Positions 28,801 through 38,802 of a stretch of DNA of 64,000 nucleotides are shown here, in pieces. Source of the DNA: Staphylococcus phage Fi4S2. The notes below the pieces were generated by a model. It did no database searches, was not told the origin of the DNA, and was given only the letters and a program-made list of their open reading frames with translations. Location: the sequence record PV037056.1. One strand, given 5' to 3'. Both the position numbers and the translations under genes were made by a program. Position 1 is the stretch's first letter, and each line of letters opens with the position of its first letter.

Positions 28801-29879
28801 GAGACGATGATAATAAAAAAGATGGTAAGAAAAAAGATAAAAATAAAGGTAGAAAAGTAGACAAAGGAAGTCACTTAGGTGCTTTTTCTAAGGCCTTAAC
28901 AGCACCACTAATACCAGGATTAGGTGTAGGTCTAGGAATGTTCTCTAATGATGATGAAGATGAAGAGAAGGAAAAAGGTGACAAGGCTAAAGGTAATAAG
29001 AAGAAAAAAGACCGTATGTCAGCAGAAAGACTACGTGAAAAGAACAATACTACTGAAACTAAAAACCTTTCTGTTTATAGAAACCTCTTAGAGAGAGCTG
29101 AACAAGTCCTCAATGATGCTAAATCACTTGACATAAATGGTGGAGACTCTGAAGGTGGAGACTCTGAGGGAGGTTCAGCTTCAGACGTAGAAGGTAAAGG
29201 AAAAGAAAAGATTTATAAATTCCTTAAAGGTAAAGGGCTATCAGATAACCAAGTATCTGCTGTTATGGGTAACTTACAGCAAGAGTCTCAATTAGACCCT
29301 AAAGCTGTTAACTCTTCTAGTGGAGCTTTTGGTATTGCTCAATGGATGGGTTCTAGAAAAGCAGGCCTTGATGCACTAGCTAAGAAAAAAGGTAAAAAGA
29401 ATACCGACCTAGATGTCCAACTTGATTACTTATGGTCAGAGATGGAAAAAGGCTATGATGCTGACATGCTTAAAAATGCAGGTTGGAGTAAGAATGCAAG
29501 TCTAGAAAAGAATACTAAAGCATTTGCTAATGGATTTGAGCGTATGGGAGCAGACGAGGCTATGATGAGTACTCGTATCAACAACGCTAAGAACTATAAG
29601 AAGAAGTATGGTAAAGGCGGTTCAGGTGGAGGAACTGTACTAGGAGGTTCAGGAGGAGGAGTTGCAATGGCTTCTCTTGACAACAACGTAACACCTATGG
29701 TAAACTCTTCACAGGGAGGAAATAGTTCTTCAAATACAGATAACCGTACTTACAACGTTACAGTTAATGTCAATGGTGCAGGAGACCCGCAACAAGTGGC
29801 AGAAAGTACAGCTAGCAAAATAGAGAGTATGTTACAGAATTCTAATGACTTCTTCTCTAGACAGCAAAACAAGAGATAG
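25839..29879 (+). CDS. tail tape measure protein with C-terminal phage-tail-lysozyme-like domain
   Basis: 1346 aa, coiled-coil N-half, Gly-rich repeats (GGDSEGGDSEGG), C-terminal LSDNQVSAVMGNLQQESQLDPKAVNSSSGAFGIAQWMGSRKAGL lysozyme/transglycosylase-like motif; TTG start with RBS AGGTGAG. Confidence 0.8.
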   Translation: MDNYRIRVTGDGSNALNEIQKINKAMDNIDKRDSGKGFKGIESALKNVSKLTDEINKAVDNSSNKSVLSQSQLEKDQKNIQQTLDTLRALRTEVDRATKQASKKGLTLDPQAQRSYKALGKEIDKIVQKRDTLGSKNVKPDASMRQAISDAKVFESRTQKATDALREQQRVAKQLQRDNREATRASRIVNDGLTNGRVTYNDRQRLNSALDKGRDVGDTPSYYKQQSNKIQSNIESSGSTIRENREKIEALNKRPQNLENKERKAQLMDENEELEKLIRNLQKAKGRYEDMDATAKKNFNSTKTETGRDSFGTQAERGSFKATMADRAPSIAMAGIGATGFALTSSYMKGDTINKSNRDDMFFRGNLMGETDYGQVRRDMFSQGIDAGYGYNAENLNAMAGQYLEVNGYQGKESMEEGLTQYQRAGRSLNIDNEAFQQSYTNIGKTGGMKGGQEIADFTNTFVGALDKSKMTHKSEQQLKALDSMASQMGSTRTLGAKDVNEMTALQGTMAESGLKTLQGEKGADAVNKITTGLQQGKSDPFALQSVGYGSELTGVSGLREAYSRLDEGATPENIKNVISQSGGGDMSAVALQSQFGLSSEQADGMLKLYNDGKLNKENIDKYMEDSKKKGKKKADEDSDNVKDSKENKANKNEVARESQNSRTRENAQWVDDLASAGTSLNNAGYLLTAAAGALMVSATGSALMGGLSSMVRKLGSKGIKGTGQHYGGKVKEFGSKAKEWGGNVRRGGSDNAGKTSKGGESTKGGTKGGQSDSMRDFKTFDKDSTSGKTKGGRMRGFGKTITDAGRSFGDFIGLGGDTAKNQNGRGLGRSATGNTRRAKFGKGLKDFIFRDPMSKGGAGIISGGSKAGNVAKGAVGKLGLIGAGINAIDIGSSLAKGDDKAVSSKFGNFMGGIIDPLGLGYGDGLKKQATETADKAQNNKGLFGKGGLIDFSWSNGDKDGKNKPKDSVLGKPISKAWGGVKSFFSGGDDDNKKDGKKKDKNKGRKVDKGSHLGAFSKALTAPLIPGLGVGLGMFSNDDEDEEKEKGDKAKGNKKKKDRMSAERLREKNNTTETKNLSVYRNLLERAEQVLNDAKSLDINGGDSEGGDSEGGSASDVEGKGKEKIYKFLKGKGLSDNQVSAVMGNLQQESQLDPKAVNSSSGAFGIAQWMGSRKAGLDALAKKKGKKNTDLDVQLDYLWSEMEKGYDADMLKNAGWSKNASLEKNTKAFANGFERMGADEAMMSTRINNAKNYKKKYGKGGSGGGTVLGGSGGGVAMASLDNNVTPMVNSSQGGNSSSNTDNRTYNVTVNVNGAGDPQQVAESTASKIESMLQNSNDFFSRQQNKR

Positions 29880-29903
29880 GGTCTTCCCTATCTCTTTATT
29901 TTT
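29871..29903 (+). terminator. hairpin + U-tract overlapping TMP stop (partial terminator)
   Basis: aagagataggg-tctt-ccctatctctt-tattttt. Confidence 0.45.
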
Positions 29904-29923
29904 AATAGAAAGTAGGTAAAGAT

Positions 29924-32311
29924 GTGGTCATAAATAAAAAGTTTCCAGGATTTAAAGTTTCTTTTAAAAATGAAGAAAATGAATACTCAGTAAAGTACAA
30001 TACTAATGTAACCCCATCTTCTCAGCTTATAGAGGATAGGATAGTTGGAATGCAAAGTAAAAACGCCTTTGCAGATGATGCAGGAACATTTAGTGTGGTG
30101 TTAGCAGGAGACACTTACTGGGATAAACTTATAGATGTGAATGACATTATGAGAATATACATTAATCCTGATACAACAGATTCAAATAAGAGCTATCAGA
30201 TGGTTGCTATAGGTATGGTTAGTAGGGTTGCAAAACAAGGGTCATATGACCAAAATCAAAATACTTATTTAATAACTGGTCAATCATTTGCAAAACCTTT
30301 TATGAAGTTTGGTTTAGGAGTTATACAAGAGGTACAAGCAGTACTCTCTAATATTGGGTGGCTACCTGATGGTGGAGACACAGGTATACAATTTACAGGC
30401 TCTAACGCTAGAGATGTAGCAGAGCAGATACTAAATAGATTTTCTAAGTTTATGAAATATAACTATGACAATAAACAAACACCAATAACAGACTTTTTTG
30501 AATGGAGTCTAGATTCATGGACAGCCTATGAAAACCTTAAAGACCCAACACCGTACATAAACTTCGATGGTTCTTTGAAGCAACTGCTAGATGATGTAAC
30601 AGCAAAACCTTTTAATGAATCATTCTTTAGGAATAGTACAATCACTGATAAAGGTGAATACGTAATGAGAAGAACTCCTTTTAACGTGACAGATTGGAAA
30701 AACCTAGATTATGTAGGTATAACTACACGGGATGTAATAGAGGAAGATGTTAGTAAAAGTGATACAGAAACTAACTCTATATTTACAGTTACAAGCCCTC
30801 AAATGATTAAAGAGCTAGCTCCTGACGTATTCTCTGTACCTCAATTTCACCAATCATTAGTTGACAGATACGGGTACTCTAAGTTAGAAGTAGAAAATAG
30901 GTATATTGCTATCGACAAGGAATCAGGTGAGGATGATAAAGATAAGGACAAGGAATCTGAGACATCTAAAGGCACTGATAACCTTACCTACAATAGAATC
31001 AGTGTAATATTCAGTAACTATGACCAACAAACAGCTCAAGTAAACTCTAAGAAACTTACAGGTCAAATTGCAGGTACTTACAAAGGCGTTTCTAAAAAGC
31101 AAGCTAAAAAAGCTGTAGACAAGTTTATAAAAGCAGGTAAGTTTACAAAAGCTGATTATAGAGAAGCATTTAATAAAGACCCCGATGAAGAAGTTAAAGA
31201 GGATAAACGTGAAGAACCTACTGTAGCAAATGTTAAAGGTTATTTAAAAGACAAATACCCTGAAGCTAAAGGTCTTAAAAAGACAGATGAAAGAAATGAA
31301 GCAATAGATAAGCTAGTTAAAAAGTATAAGGGTGTAACTAATATTACAGGAGCCAACCTTATAAATAAGTATCTAAAGTCAAAAGGCCAACTACCTGATA
31401 GTGATTACCAAAGCTTTATTAAGAGCTTGGAAGATGGCCAAAACACAGCTATTGAAACTGATACGGATGAAGGAACTAATGGCTTGAAGGTCTTCTCTAA
31501 GATGCTGTTTAACTGGTATCACATGAACTCCAACTTCTACTCAGGTGAAATTACTATAGTAGGTAATCCCTATATAGAACTTGGTAAAAGACTATTTATT
31601 ATAGACAAACAAGATAATGATAACTGGGAGTTTTACATAGAATCTGTTGAGCATAAGTTCACTTTTAAAGAAGGGTTTAAAACCGTTATAGGAGTTACTA
31701 GAGGATTGAAAGAAGCTACAGTTCCTGAAGGAAGTCCATACAGATTTGGTGTGCTGTGGAACAAATCATCAGACTTTAAAGGTGGTTTACTTGGTGAGAA
31801 AGATTCAGAGCAACTTAAAAAAGAAGGTTATGAATCTAAGAAAAGTAAGGGTGACGATTCAGATAGCTCAGGAGCTAATGATGGTGGTAGTCTTGATAAA
31901 CTAAAAGATTTTGATGGTAAGTTACCTAAATATGATTTTAAAGCACGCTCAGGAAACTACTTTACTGTTAACCAATGTACATGGTATTGTTATAATAGAA
32001 GAGCCCAGCTAGGTGTTAAACTAGAGATAAGTCAAAGTAACTGGTGGCATGATGCTTGGAAATGGGTAGAAAGAAGTAAGAGAGACGGATACAGTGGAGG
32101 TAGAACACCTAAGCAAGGAGCTGTAGCTGTATGGCAACGTGAAGATGCAGGAGGAAGCCCTCAGTTTGGTCACGTATCTATTGTAGAGAAGGTTCTAGAT
32201 GGTGGTAAAAGAATGAAATTATCAGAGTATAATTTTGAACACCCTGAAGCCTATGGTGAACGTACAATAGATGTTGACAAGGACGTATATTTCATATATG
32301 ATAAAGGGTAG
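29924..32311 (+). CDS. tail-associated murein hydrolase with C-terminal CHAP domain
   Basis: 795 aa; C-terminal NQCTWYCYNRRAQLG...GAVAVWQ...FGHVSIVEKV = CHAP Cys/His pair; GTG start. Confidence 0.75.
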   Translation: MVINKKFPGFKVSFKNEENEYSVKYNTNVTPSSQLIEDRIVGMQSKNAFADDAGTFSVVLAGDTYWDKLIDVNDIMRIYINPDTTDSNKSYQMVAIGMVSRVAKQGSYDQNQNTYLITGQSFAKPFMKFGLGVIQEVQAVLSNIGWLPDGGDTGIQFTGSNARDVAEQILNRFSKFMKYNYDNKQTPITDFFEWSLDSWTAYENLKDPTPYINFDGSLKQLLDDVTAKPFNESFFRNSTITDKGEYVMRRTPFNVTDWKNLDYVGITTRDVIEEDVSKSDTETNSIFTVTSPQMIKELAPDVFSVPQFHQSLVDRYGYSKLEVENRYIAIDKESGEDDKDKDKESETSKGTDNLTYNRISVIFSNYDQQTAQVNSKKLTGQIAGTYKGVSKKQAKKAVDKFIKAGKFTKADYREAFNKDPDEEVKEDKREEPTVANVKGYLKDKYPEAKGLKKTDERNEAIDKLVKKYKGVTNITGANLINKYLKSKGQLPDSDYQSFIKSLEDGQNTAIETDTDEGTNGLKVFSKMLFNWYHMNSNFYSGEITIVGNPYIELGKRLFIIDKQDNDNWEFYIESVEHKFTFKEGFKTVIGVTRGLKEATVPEGSPYRFGVLWNKSSDFKGGLLGEKDSEQLKKEGYESKKSKGDDSDSSGANDGGSLDKLKDFDGKLPKYDFKARSGNYFTVNQCTWYCYNRRAQLGVKLEISQSNWWHDAWKWVERSKRDGYSGGRTPKQGAVAVWQREDAGGSPQFGHVSIVEKVLDGGKRMKLSEYNFEHPEAYGERTIDVDKDVYFIYDKG

Positions 32312-32325
32312 GAGGTAATTAACAG

Positions 32326-33243
32326 ATGGAAGTAACAAAAAGACTAGCAACAGACACTATAAACAAATTTCTATATAACACCAATGAATACATCAGTAAT
32401 AGTTTAGAAGAGCAAGCAGAAAAGGACAAAGAGTTGGATTTACTTGTAATACCCGACTTAATACAGTCAATAGCTGAAGTTAGACCTTACACTAACATTG
32501 TCACAGGAATGCGTATTGTAGACTATAATATTAATTATAATAGGTTAGATAATTATAAAGTAGATGCTGATGTTGAATTAACTTCTAGAAGTGCTTTGAC
32601 AACAAACACAACCAGCTCTACTAATGTGATAAAAATAAAGTTAGTTTTAGAACCTATTAATGAAAATTTATTAATTACAGAATACACTAAAGACGTAGTT
32701 AATATTAGTGAGGAAGATACTTACGATGAAGACATGGCAGAGGGTATACCTATGGTTATATCCTTTACTAACTCATTACTAGAAGACAAACCTAATTTAA
32801 CTAATTTATACTATGCTTATAGAGGAAGACCTTCTACAGACCCATTAGACTATATTAACGATAATCCTGTAGGCGTGGACATGTATACTATACTTTACTG
32901 GATGATGAAACATCAAGAAATACCTAATGACTTTAATTATCCGTTGACATCAGAGGACTTTATAAGCTATGATGGTATATATGAGGTATACTCTAAAGGA
33001 CATAAGTATAAGTATTATCTTGATGAGATGGAAAAAGGTGACTTTGTATTCTTTGATGATAATGACACTACAGTAGGTATATACATTGGAGACAACAGAT
33101 GTATCACCATTACAGGTAAACAGCCATATGACAGAAGTGGAGGTTTAGACTTTATTGTATTAGAGGATGAATGGTGGGACAGATTTAATGGTAGGATTAT
33201 GAGATTCAAAGAGGAGGATGTAGTAAGATGGGAGCTAATGTAG
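32326..33243 (+). CDS. tail/baseplate-associated hypothetical protein
   Basis: 305-aa ORF in tail module. Confidence 0.5.
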   Translation: MEVTKRLATDTINKFLYNTNEYISNSLEEQAEKDKELDLLVIPDLIQSIAEVRPYTNIVTGMRIVDYNINYNRLDNYKVDADVELTSRSALTTNTTSSTNVIKIKLVLEPINENLLITEYTKDVVNISEEDTYDEDMAEGIPMVISFTNSLLEDKPNLTNLYYAYRGRPSTDPLDYINDNPVGVDMYTILYWMMKHQEIPNDFNYPLTSEDFISYDGIYEVYSKGHKYKYYLDEMEKGDFVFFDDNDTTVGIYIGDNRCITITGKQPYDRSGGLDFIVLEDEWWDRFNGRIMRFKEEDVVRWELM

Positions 33244-36200
33244 TAAGAAGACAATCAGGACTTGGAACTACCTTTTCAGAAACAACTTCTGAAGACAATA
33301 AAATGAAGAGCTTGATTTTAGCTAGAATCATAAAAGTATACTATAAGTATCAAACTGTTGAATTAGAGGCATTATCAGGTAAGTTGTCACTAGGTAAAGG
33401 TAACAACACAGAAGGTAGATTTTCAGCTCCATATCCTAAGTCTTTCACAGGATTAACTCCTGAGAATGAAGTATATGGCTCTATACCTGTAATGTCTCCA
33501 GGCATGATAGTGCTTGTTGGTTTTATTAATGATAGCCCTAGTAATCCTATAATCATTAATAGTTATGGGCTAAATGAGCATAATAAGCAACTAGTTAGAA
33601 CACCATTATTAAGTGGTGACATGAGAGATGATAAGAACTATAAACTCAACTCAGCATCTTTTACGCTATCACCTAGTTTAACTTATCAGTTTAAAGATGG
33701 TGAAGGCAATGAAGTTAATACGTGGAATGGTTATACATTTCAATCTATAACTTCTGATGCTAATAACTTACCTGTAGCTACTGACTACATGGATGGTAGT
33801 TATTACATGGATTTATATACTAGTAAGTATGGTGACGATTCTTTAATTGAACCTAGAATTAAGCAAGCTCCTGCGATGTTCTTTAAACACCAAGGAGAAT
33901 ATACATCAGATGGTGAGTTAGATAATCATATATACATGGACTATATAGAACCTGATGGTACACATAGAACTACTTCTATGAATAGAGAAGAGCAATGGAG
34001 AACATCTGTTGAGCAAGGACATAAAGGTGACTGGAGAGTAAGATACCAAGCAGATAGTATCATATTAGATGATGCATTAGACTATATAGAATTTGGCTTA
34101 GATAGTGATAATCAACGGTTTTACATAGAAAACCCAAATCATTCTTTTGAAGTCACAGATGAGGGCATCATTGTCGATGGAAAGCCTCTATTAGCTAACA
34201 TAGATGACAGTATTGAAGAAGCCTTTAAACACCTAGATGAGATAGAAAGTCAAATGGAAGAAGTTCAGAACATACTTGAAGGCCTAGGTGAGAGAAGTTT
34301 AAGAGAACTTATAAATTCTACTAATGAAGCTATAGCTAAAACTGAACAAAATGAAACTAAGATAAGTGCGCTTAACAAGGCTATAAATGAGAACACTAAT
34401 AACATTACAGGTATGATAGAGAAGTATGATAACTTTATGGATACTGTAAGAACCTACATTCAAGATAATGATACTAATATTAACAGTATTAGAGACCGAT
34501 TGAGAGAGGTTGAAAACTCATCTGATTTAGAACCACTCAAAAAAGATTTAGAAAAATATAAATATAAAACATACAGAGACATTAGAGTGGAAGCTGATTT
34601 ACCTAGATACTTTGCTGGTTATGATGCTATACTATCGGGCTCCCAAAATACAAAGTATAACTTGCAAGCATTTGCTATGGATAGTAAATACTACTTCTTA
34701 TTGTTTAAACCTGAAGGTACAGGAGACAAAAGAAATATCTTAGTAGTTTATGATAAGTTTTTAAAAGAAATTAATAAGTATTTCTTTGGTCAAGGAGTAA
34801 TCCAAACGATAGCTATTGATGTTCCTGCAAACACTACTAATCGTTACCTCTATACTAAGCTCGATGACCAAACAATAGTTTCTTATGACTTAACAGCAAT
34901 AGATAGTAAGGATGTCTTGACATTTAATGACATTACTAGTAAAGAGCCTAGAGCATCTTATTCAGTACCTGTTCAGGATACTATACTAAAGGTTAGAGAT
35001 AACTGGATAGTTAAGACAGTAATTGACAGCTTTGGTTATGCTACTTACACGCTTTATGATAAGGATTTCTCTAACCCATCTAAGTTATACAGATTACGTA
35101 ATAATAGTAATGTTGTAGGCTCTATGATGGATGGTGGAAACTTAGCCCAAGTAATTCAAACCCAAAATACAGCAGGAGTACAGATAGTTAATTCTGACAA
35201 TAGTATTCAGGATTACACGTACAGTAACACAGAGTTAAACTCCTTTATTCAAAGTAAGATAGGAGTTTCTACTCCAACAGCTAAACAGGTAGGTGCTTTT
35301 AGTAGTTCTGATGTTTACTTATCTACTATAGTTTACAATGAGGATACAAGCTATGGAAAGACTAAGGGCATTGCGATTATAGAACATAAATCATCTAATA
35401 GGGATTACAAGTTTAGAGAGTTCTCTTTACCTGTAGACCAAAGACTTACAGTAGCCTGTATAGGTACAAAGCTATTTAACACAAATACAAACTCTGAGAT
35501 TAATAGTATAGAGGATTTACTCACTACTATGACAGACTTGAAGATGAGTTCATTTTCACTATATACAAATAATACTAATATAATTGATTTTAATTCATCT
35601 ACAAAAGTACCTACAGATGTTATTGTAACTATATCCATGTTAACGGATAAAACATTCTATGTTACCTATACATTTACTAAAAATAACCAAGAGAACAATT
35701 ACATCATAAAGAATACAAGTTCAGGTTACTCTTACGTAAGTATTGATAATGAACCTGTACTTAATAGCATAGATGTATATGCAATTAAAAATGTAGGTAA
35801 ATCATACGTAATAAATGGTACTAACCTACCTGAAGGAAGTACAGAAGGATTTGTAGAGCTAAGACAAACACCTAATGCAAGTTTGTTACTATTTATTGAT
35901 GCTACATCATTAAACCAATATGGTGCTATAAAAAAAGACACACAATGGGGAGAATGGAAACTATTATCAAAGGAGATTTTTAAACCAAAAGGAGGCGGGT
36001 CGGATAAGTATAAATCAATGACAGAGTTAATGAGTATTGTCCCTGCTGGTACACAATGGGAGATAGTAACTAAAAACCTATACTCTGATACACTAGTAAC
36101 AGCTATACATGGTGGAGGTATAGAGATAGGTACGTCAGAACTAGCAGAAGAAGTAGCAACGGAATCTAACAAGGATTACTTCTCCTTCTTAGGTAAGAAA

Positions 36201-36626
36201 TCATCAAATAACTCTGAATTACATGTTACCTCTACTAATTATGATGAGCCTACATTGTTTACTATGCTTAGACGTTCTTTATATTCCGTAGCAATACATG
36301 GAGCTAGTGGAGATGACAAAGTTATCTATATAGGAGGAGCAGACGCTACAAACAAGGCTATCATGAAATCAGAACTGATTAATGCTGGCTTTGATGCTCA
36401 AGATGCTCCTGATAACCTAGCGGGTCTAGAACCAAATAATATATCTAATCAGACCAAAAGAAAAGGGTGTGTTCAGTTAGAGTTGACTACAGCACTTAGA
36501 AAATCATTCTTTTTAAATGATGACTGGTCTAAAGCTAACAGAAGTAATAGAGATAATTGGACATCTACCTTATTTAACTTAACAACAGCTATAACAACTG
36601 CAATGAGTAAATTTGAAAATGACTAA
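33228..36626 (+). CDS. large tail protein with coiled-coil region and C-terminal PghP-like (poly-gamma-glutamate hydrolase family) domain
   Basis: 1132 aa; last ~215 aa contain AIHGGGIEIGTSELAEE, LHVTSTNYDEP, CVQLELTTALRKSFFLNDDWSKANR, as I recall them for the Zn-dependent PghP/YjqB (PF05908) family. Confidence 0.55.
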   Translation: MGANVVRRQSGLGTTFSETTSEDNKMKSLILARIIKVYYKYQTVELEALSGKLSLGKGNNTEGRFSAPYPKSFTGLTPENEVYGSIPVMSPGMIVLVGFINDSPSNPIIINSYGLNEHNKQLVRTPLLSGDMRDDKNYKLNSASFTLSPSLTYQFKDGEGNEVNTWNGYTFQSITSDANNLPVATDYMDGSYYMDLYTSKYGDDSLIEPRIKQAPAMFFKHQGEYTSDGELDNHIYMDYIEPDGTHRTTSMNREEQWRTSVEQGHKGDWRVRYQADSIILDDALDYIEFGLDSDNQRFYIENPNHSFEVTDEGIIVDGKPLLANIDDSIEEAFKHLDEIESQMEEVQNILEGLGERSLRELINSTNEAIAKTEQNETKISALNKAINENTNNITGMIEKYDNFMDTVRTYIQDNDTNINSIRDRLREVENSSDLEPLKKDLEKYKYKTYRDIRVEADLPRYFAGYDAILSGSQNTKYNLQAFAMDSKYYFLLFKPEGTGDKRNILVVYDKFLKEINKYFFGQGVIQTIAIDVPANTTNRYLYTKLDDQTIVSYDLTAIDSKDVLTFNDITSKEPRASYSVPVQDTILKVRDNWIVKTVIDSFGYATYTLYDKDFSNPSKLYRLRNNSNVVGSMMDGGNLAQVIQTQNTAGVQIVNSDNSIQDYTYSNTELNSFIQSKIGVSTPTAKQVGAFSSSDVYLSTIVYNEDTSYGKTKGIAIIEHKSSNRDYKFREFSLPVDQRLTVACIGTKLFNTNTNSEINSIEDLLTTMTDLKMSSFSLYTNNTNIIDFNSSTKVPTDVIVTISMLTDKTFYVTYTFTKNNQENNYIIKNTSSGYSYVSIDNEPVLNSIDVYAIKNVGKSYVINGTNLPEGSTEGFVELRQTPNASLLLFIDATSLNQYGAIKKDTQWGEWKLLSKEIFKPKGGGSDKYKSMTELMSIVPAGTQWEIVTKNLYSDTLVTAIHGGGIEIGTSELAEEVATESNKDYFSFLGKKSSNNSELHVTSTNYDEPTLFTMLRRSLYSVAIHGASGDDKVIYIGGADATNKAIMKSELINAGFDAQDAPDNLAGLEPNNISNQTKRKGCVQLELTTALRKSFFLNDDWSKANRSNRDNWTSTLFNLTTAITTAMSKFEND

Positions 36627-36629
36627 GTA

Positions 36630-36656
36630 GAAGAGGCTAACACCTCTTCTTTTTTG
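36630..36656 (+). terminator. rho-independent terminator
   Basis: gaagagg-ctaaca-cctcttc + TTTTTTG. Confidence 0.6.
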
Positions 36657-36700
36657 TTGTATGTTATATTAATTTTGAAGAAGACCACAAGATAAAATAC

Positions 36701-36728
36701 TTGCAATACCTTATAAGTATGGTATAAT
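36701..36728 (+). promoter_or_regulatory. sigma-A-type promoter with extended -10
   Basis: TTGCAA-16 bp-(TGg)TATAAT upstream of 36760. Confidence 0.5.
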
Positions 36729-36759
36729 AAGTGCATAGACTATAGAAAGGAGTTATATT

Positions 36760-37554
36760 ATGCCTCAATCAGACGGTACAAATACACTAAAAAGAATTGC
36801 ATTACACTTTTCTGATGACAATGGTAGTTTTACTAACTCTACTGAAGACATTTATAGATTTGCTGTAAACCCTGAAAATTATAGACATACAATGCCACAA
36901 CGTTCTAATGTTTTAAAAACTAAGTCAAGTATAATAGTAGAAGACTATGGCAAAGACATTGAAACGATTACCTTTTCAGGTACAACAGGCTTTAGAAAGA
37001 TAAAACAAAATGGTAAGGTAATGAATGGTAAACAAAGAATGGATGAGTTAATATCTCTAGTAGACTACTACGCTCAGTCAAGTGGAGGCAGTGGTAATAG
37101 ACCTTCACATTTAAGATTTTATAATCGTACAGACGATGTTAACAAACTAGTGACATTAGCACCTGAAGGATTAACAGTTACGAGAGATAAAGAAAACCCA
37201 TTGATGTATCAGTACGAGATAACATTAGTAGTTTTAGGTTTTGCCTGGGAAGATGGGGACAATGCAAAAACAGACCCTGAGTTTGGTAACGTACAACCTA
37301 GCCCCAGCCAAGATGCTACCAATAAGTTTTTAGACCAAAATGACTATGACTATGGGTATAGAGACCAAAATAATACTGCTATGAATAATGGTGACAATAG
37401 ATTCACTGACCATATCAAAGATACTGATAACAACATACAATCTAATAATACTAGTGGTACAGTAGCTAATCCAAGAGTTAACCTTAGAGGTATGTCGAGT
37501 TCTGTATCAAATATGGCTCAAATTGTAGGCTATGGGAATGGTGGTGTAGGTTAA
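36760..37554 (+). CDS. baseplate-associated hypothetical protein
   Basis: 264 aa, RBS AAAGGAG; stop overlaps next start (TAATG). Confidence 0.5.
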   Translation: MPQSDGTNTLKRIALHFSDDNGSFTNSTEDIYRFAVNPENYRHTMPQRSNVLKTKSSIIVEDYGKDIETITFSGTTGFRKIKQNGKVMNGKQRMDELISLVDYYAQSSGGSGNRPSHLRFYNRTDDVNKLVTLAPEGLTVTRDKENPLMYQYEITLVVLGFAWEDGDNAKTDPEFGNVQPSPSQDATNKFLDQNDYDYGYRDQNNTAMNNGDNRFTDHIKDTDNNIQSNNTSGTVANPRVNLRGMSSSVSNMAQIVGYGNGGVG

Positions 37555-38087
37555 TGGATTATAGAATAAGACAAACAAGTAGTTTACTAAGATTTTTAAA
37601 AACAATTGATGTCTCAGATGATACAAGAGTAGTAGCTAATAGACTAGATGGTGAGCTAACCTTTACTTCTAAGTATTATACACCTAATTTAATACTAAGT
37701 GAGCTAGCAGTAAAAGCTTTACAAGACATAAAAAGTGATGTAGTACCTTATACGGATACTGACATCAATAAAGAGAGTATAGTTAATAGCCTTAGAAAAA
37801 CAGATTTAGCTATAAGAGAGCCTGGTGTTTACCAAATACTGCAAACTATTGTATTAGAAGCTTTTGCATTAATAAACAGTGTTACTGAATCACCTACAGC
37901 CTTAAAGTATGTAACAAAGAAAGACATAGCTCTTACTAGAGATAACCTAAACTATGTATCTGATTATTTAGGTGATTACCCTGATTACATTACTGTTTTG
38001 GATAAGCTAAGGGAGCTAGACATTAGTTTTGGCTACATTGAGAACCAATTAGATTTAATGAAAGTAGGTGTTGTTGATGAGGTATAA
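37554..38087 (+). CDS. baseplate-associated hypothetical protein
   Basis: 177 aa, translationally coupled. Confidence 0.5.
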   Translation: MDYRIRQTSSLLRFLKTIDVSDDTRVVANRLDGELTFTSKYYTPNLILSELAVKALQDIKSDVVPYTDTDINKESIVNSLRKTDLAIREPGVYQILQTIVLEAFALINSVTESPTALKYVTKKDIALTRDNLNYVSDYLGDYPDYITVLDKLRELDISFGYIENQLDLMKVGVVDEV

Positions 38088-38784
38088 AAAGTATAGAATA
38101 CAATACCAAGACACCGTACAAGGTATAGCACAAAGATTTTATGGAGATGTTAGTAGTTGGTTTGAACTAGTAGAATATAATAATTTAGAGTACCCTTATA
38201 TAGTAGATACTAATGCAGAAAAACTTGAAAATTTAGAGCATTTAGTGACGATAGGTGATGAGCTTATCATACCTATAGAGGATGATTTAGCTACATATGA
38301 TGTAAGTAAAATAAATAAACATGACTCAAGTATTATGATGGATTGGTCTTTAGGCATGGATATAGACATGCTTAGTGGTGAACAGACTTTTAAGAATCAT
38401 GGTACAAGTGATGAGATTACAGAGTTAGATGCAGACCCTAGTACACATGACTTATCTTTAAGAAAAGGTGTATCTAATATGATTCAGTCCTTAACTGCTA
38501 GACTCTTAACCGCTAGAGGTAGTTTATTACTACATCCTGACTATGGCTCAGAGTTACATAACCTATTTGGTAAAGCTTTACCTGAGCAAGCATTACTTAT
38601 AGAAACAGAAATAACTAGATGTTTAATGAGTGATTCAAGAGTAAAATTAGTAACACAAGATAACTACACTATACAAGGAAATGAATACATAGGAGCCTTT
38701 ACAGTTGACCTAGAATCTGTGGAGAAATCGTTAAGATTTGTATTAGAGGCAGACCCATCAGGAATTATCGCTAGATTTGAATAG
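38068..38784 (+). CDS. baseplate wedge protein (gp25/GPW-like) with N-terminal LysM-like segment
   Basis: YRIQYQDTVQGIAQRFYGDVSSWFELVEYNNL (LysM-like); C-terminal DYGSELHNLFGK...RCLMSDSRVKLV resembles gp25/W family. Confidence 0.55.
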   Translation: MLLMRYKKYRIQYQDTVQGIAQRFYGDVSSWFELVEYNNLEYPYIVDTNAEKLENLEHLVTIGDELIIPIEDDLATYDVSKINKHDSSIMMDWSLGMDIDMLSGEQTFKNHGTSDEITELDADPSTHDLSLRKGVSNMIQSLTARLLTARGSLLLHPDYGSELHNLFGKALPEQALLIETEITRCLMSDSRVKLVTQDNYTIQGNEYIGAFTVDLESVEKSLRFVLEADPSGIIARFE

Positions 38785-38802
38785 GAAGGAAGGACAAACG
38801 AC

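Noticed and set aside
29100-29175. Tandem 15-nt repeat ggtggagactctgaaggtggagactctgag (GGDSEGGDSEGG) in the tape measure gene as a separate repeat feature
   Set aside because: It is a short in-frame coding duplication typical of tape measure proteins, not an independent element.
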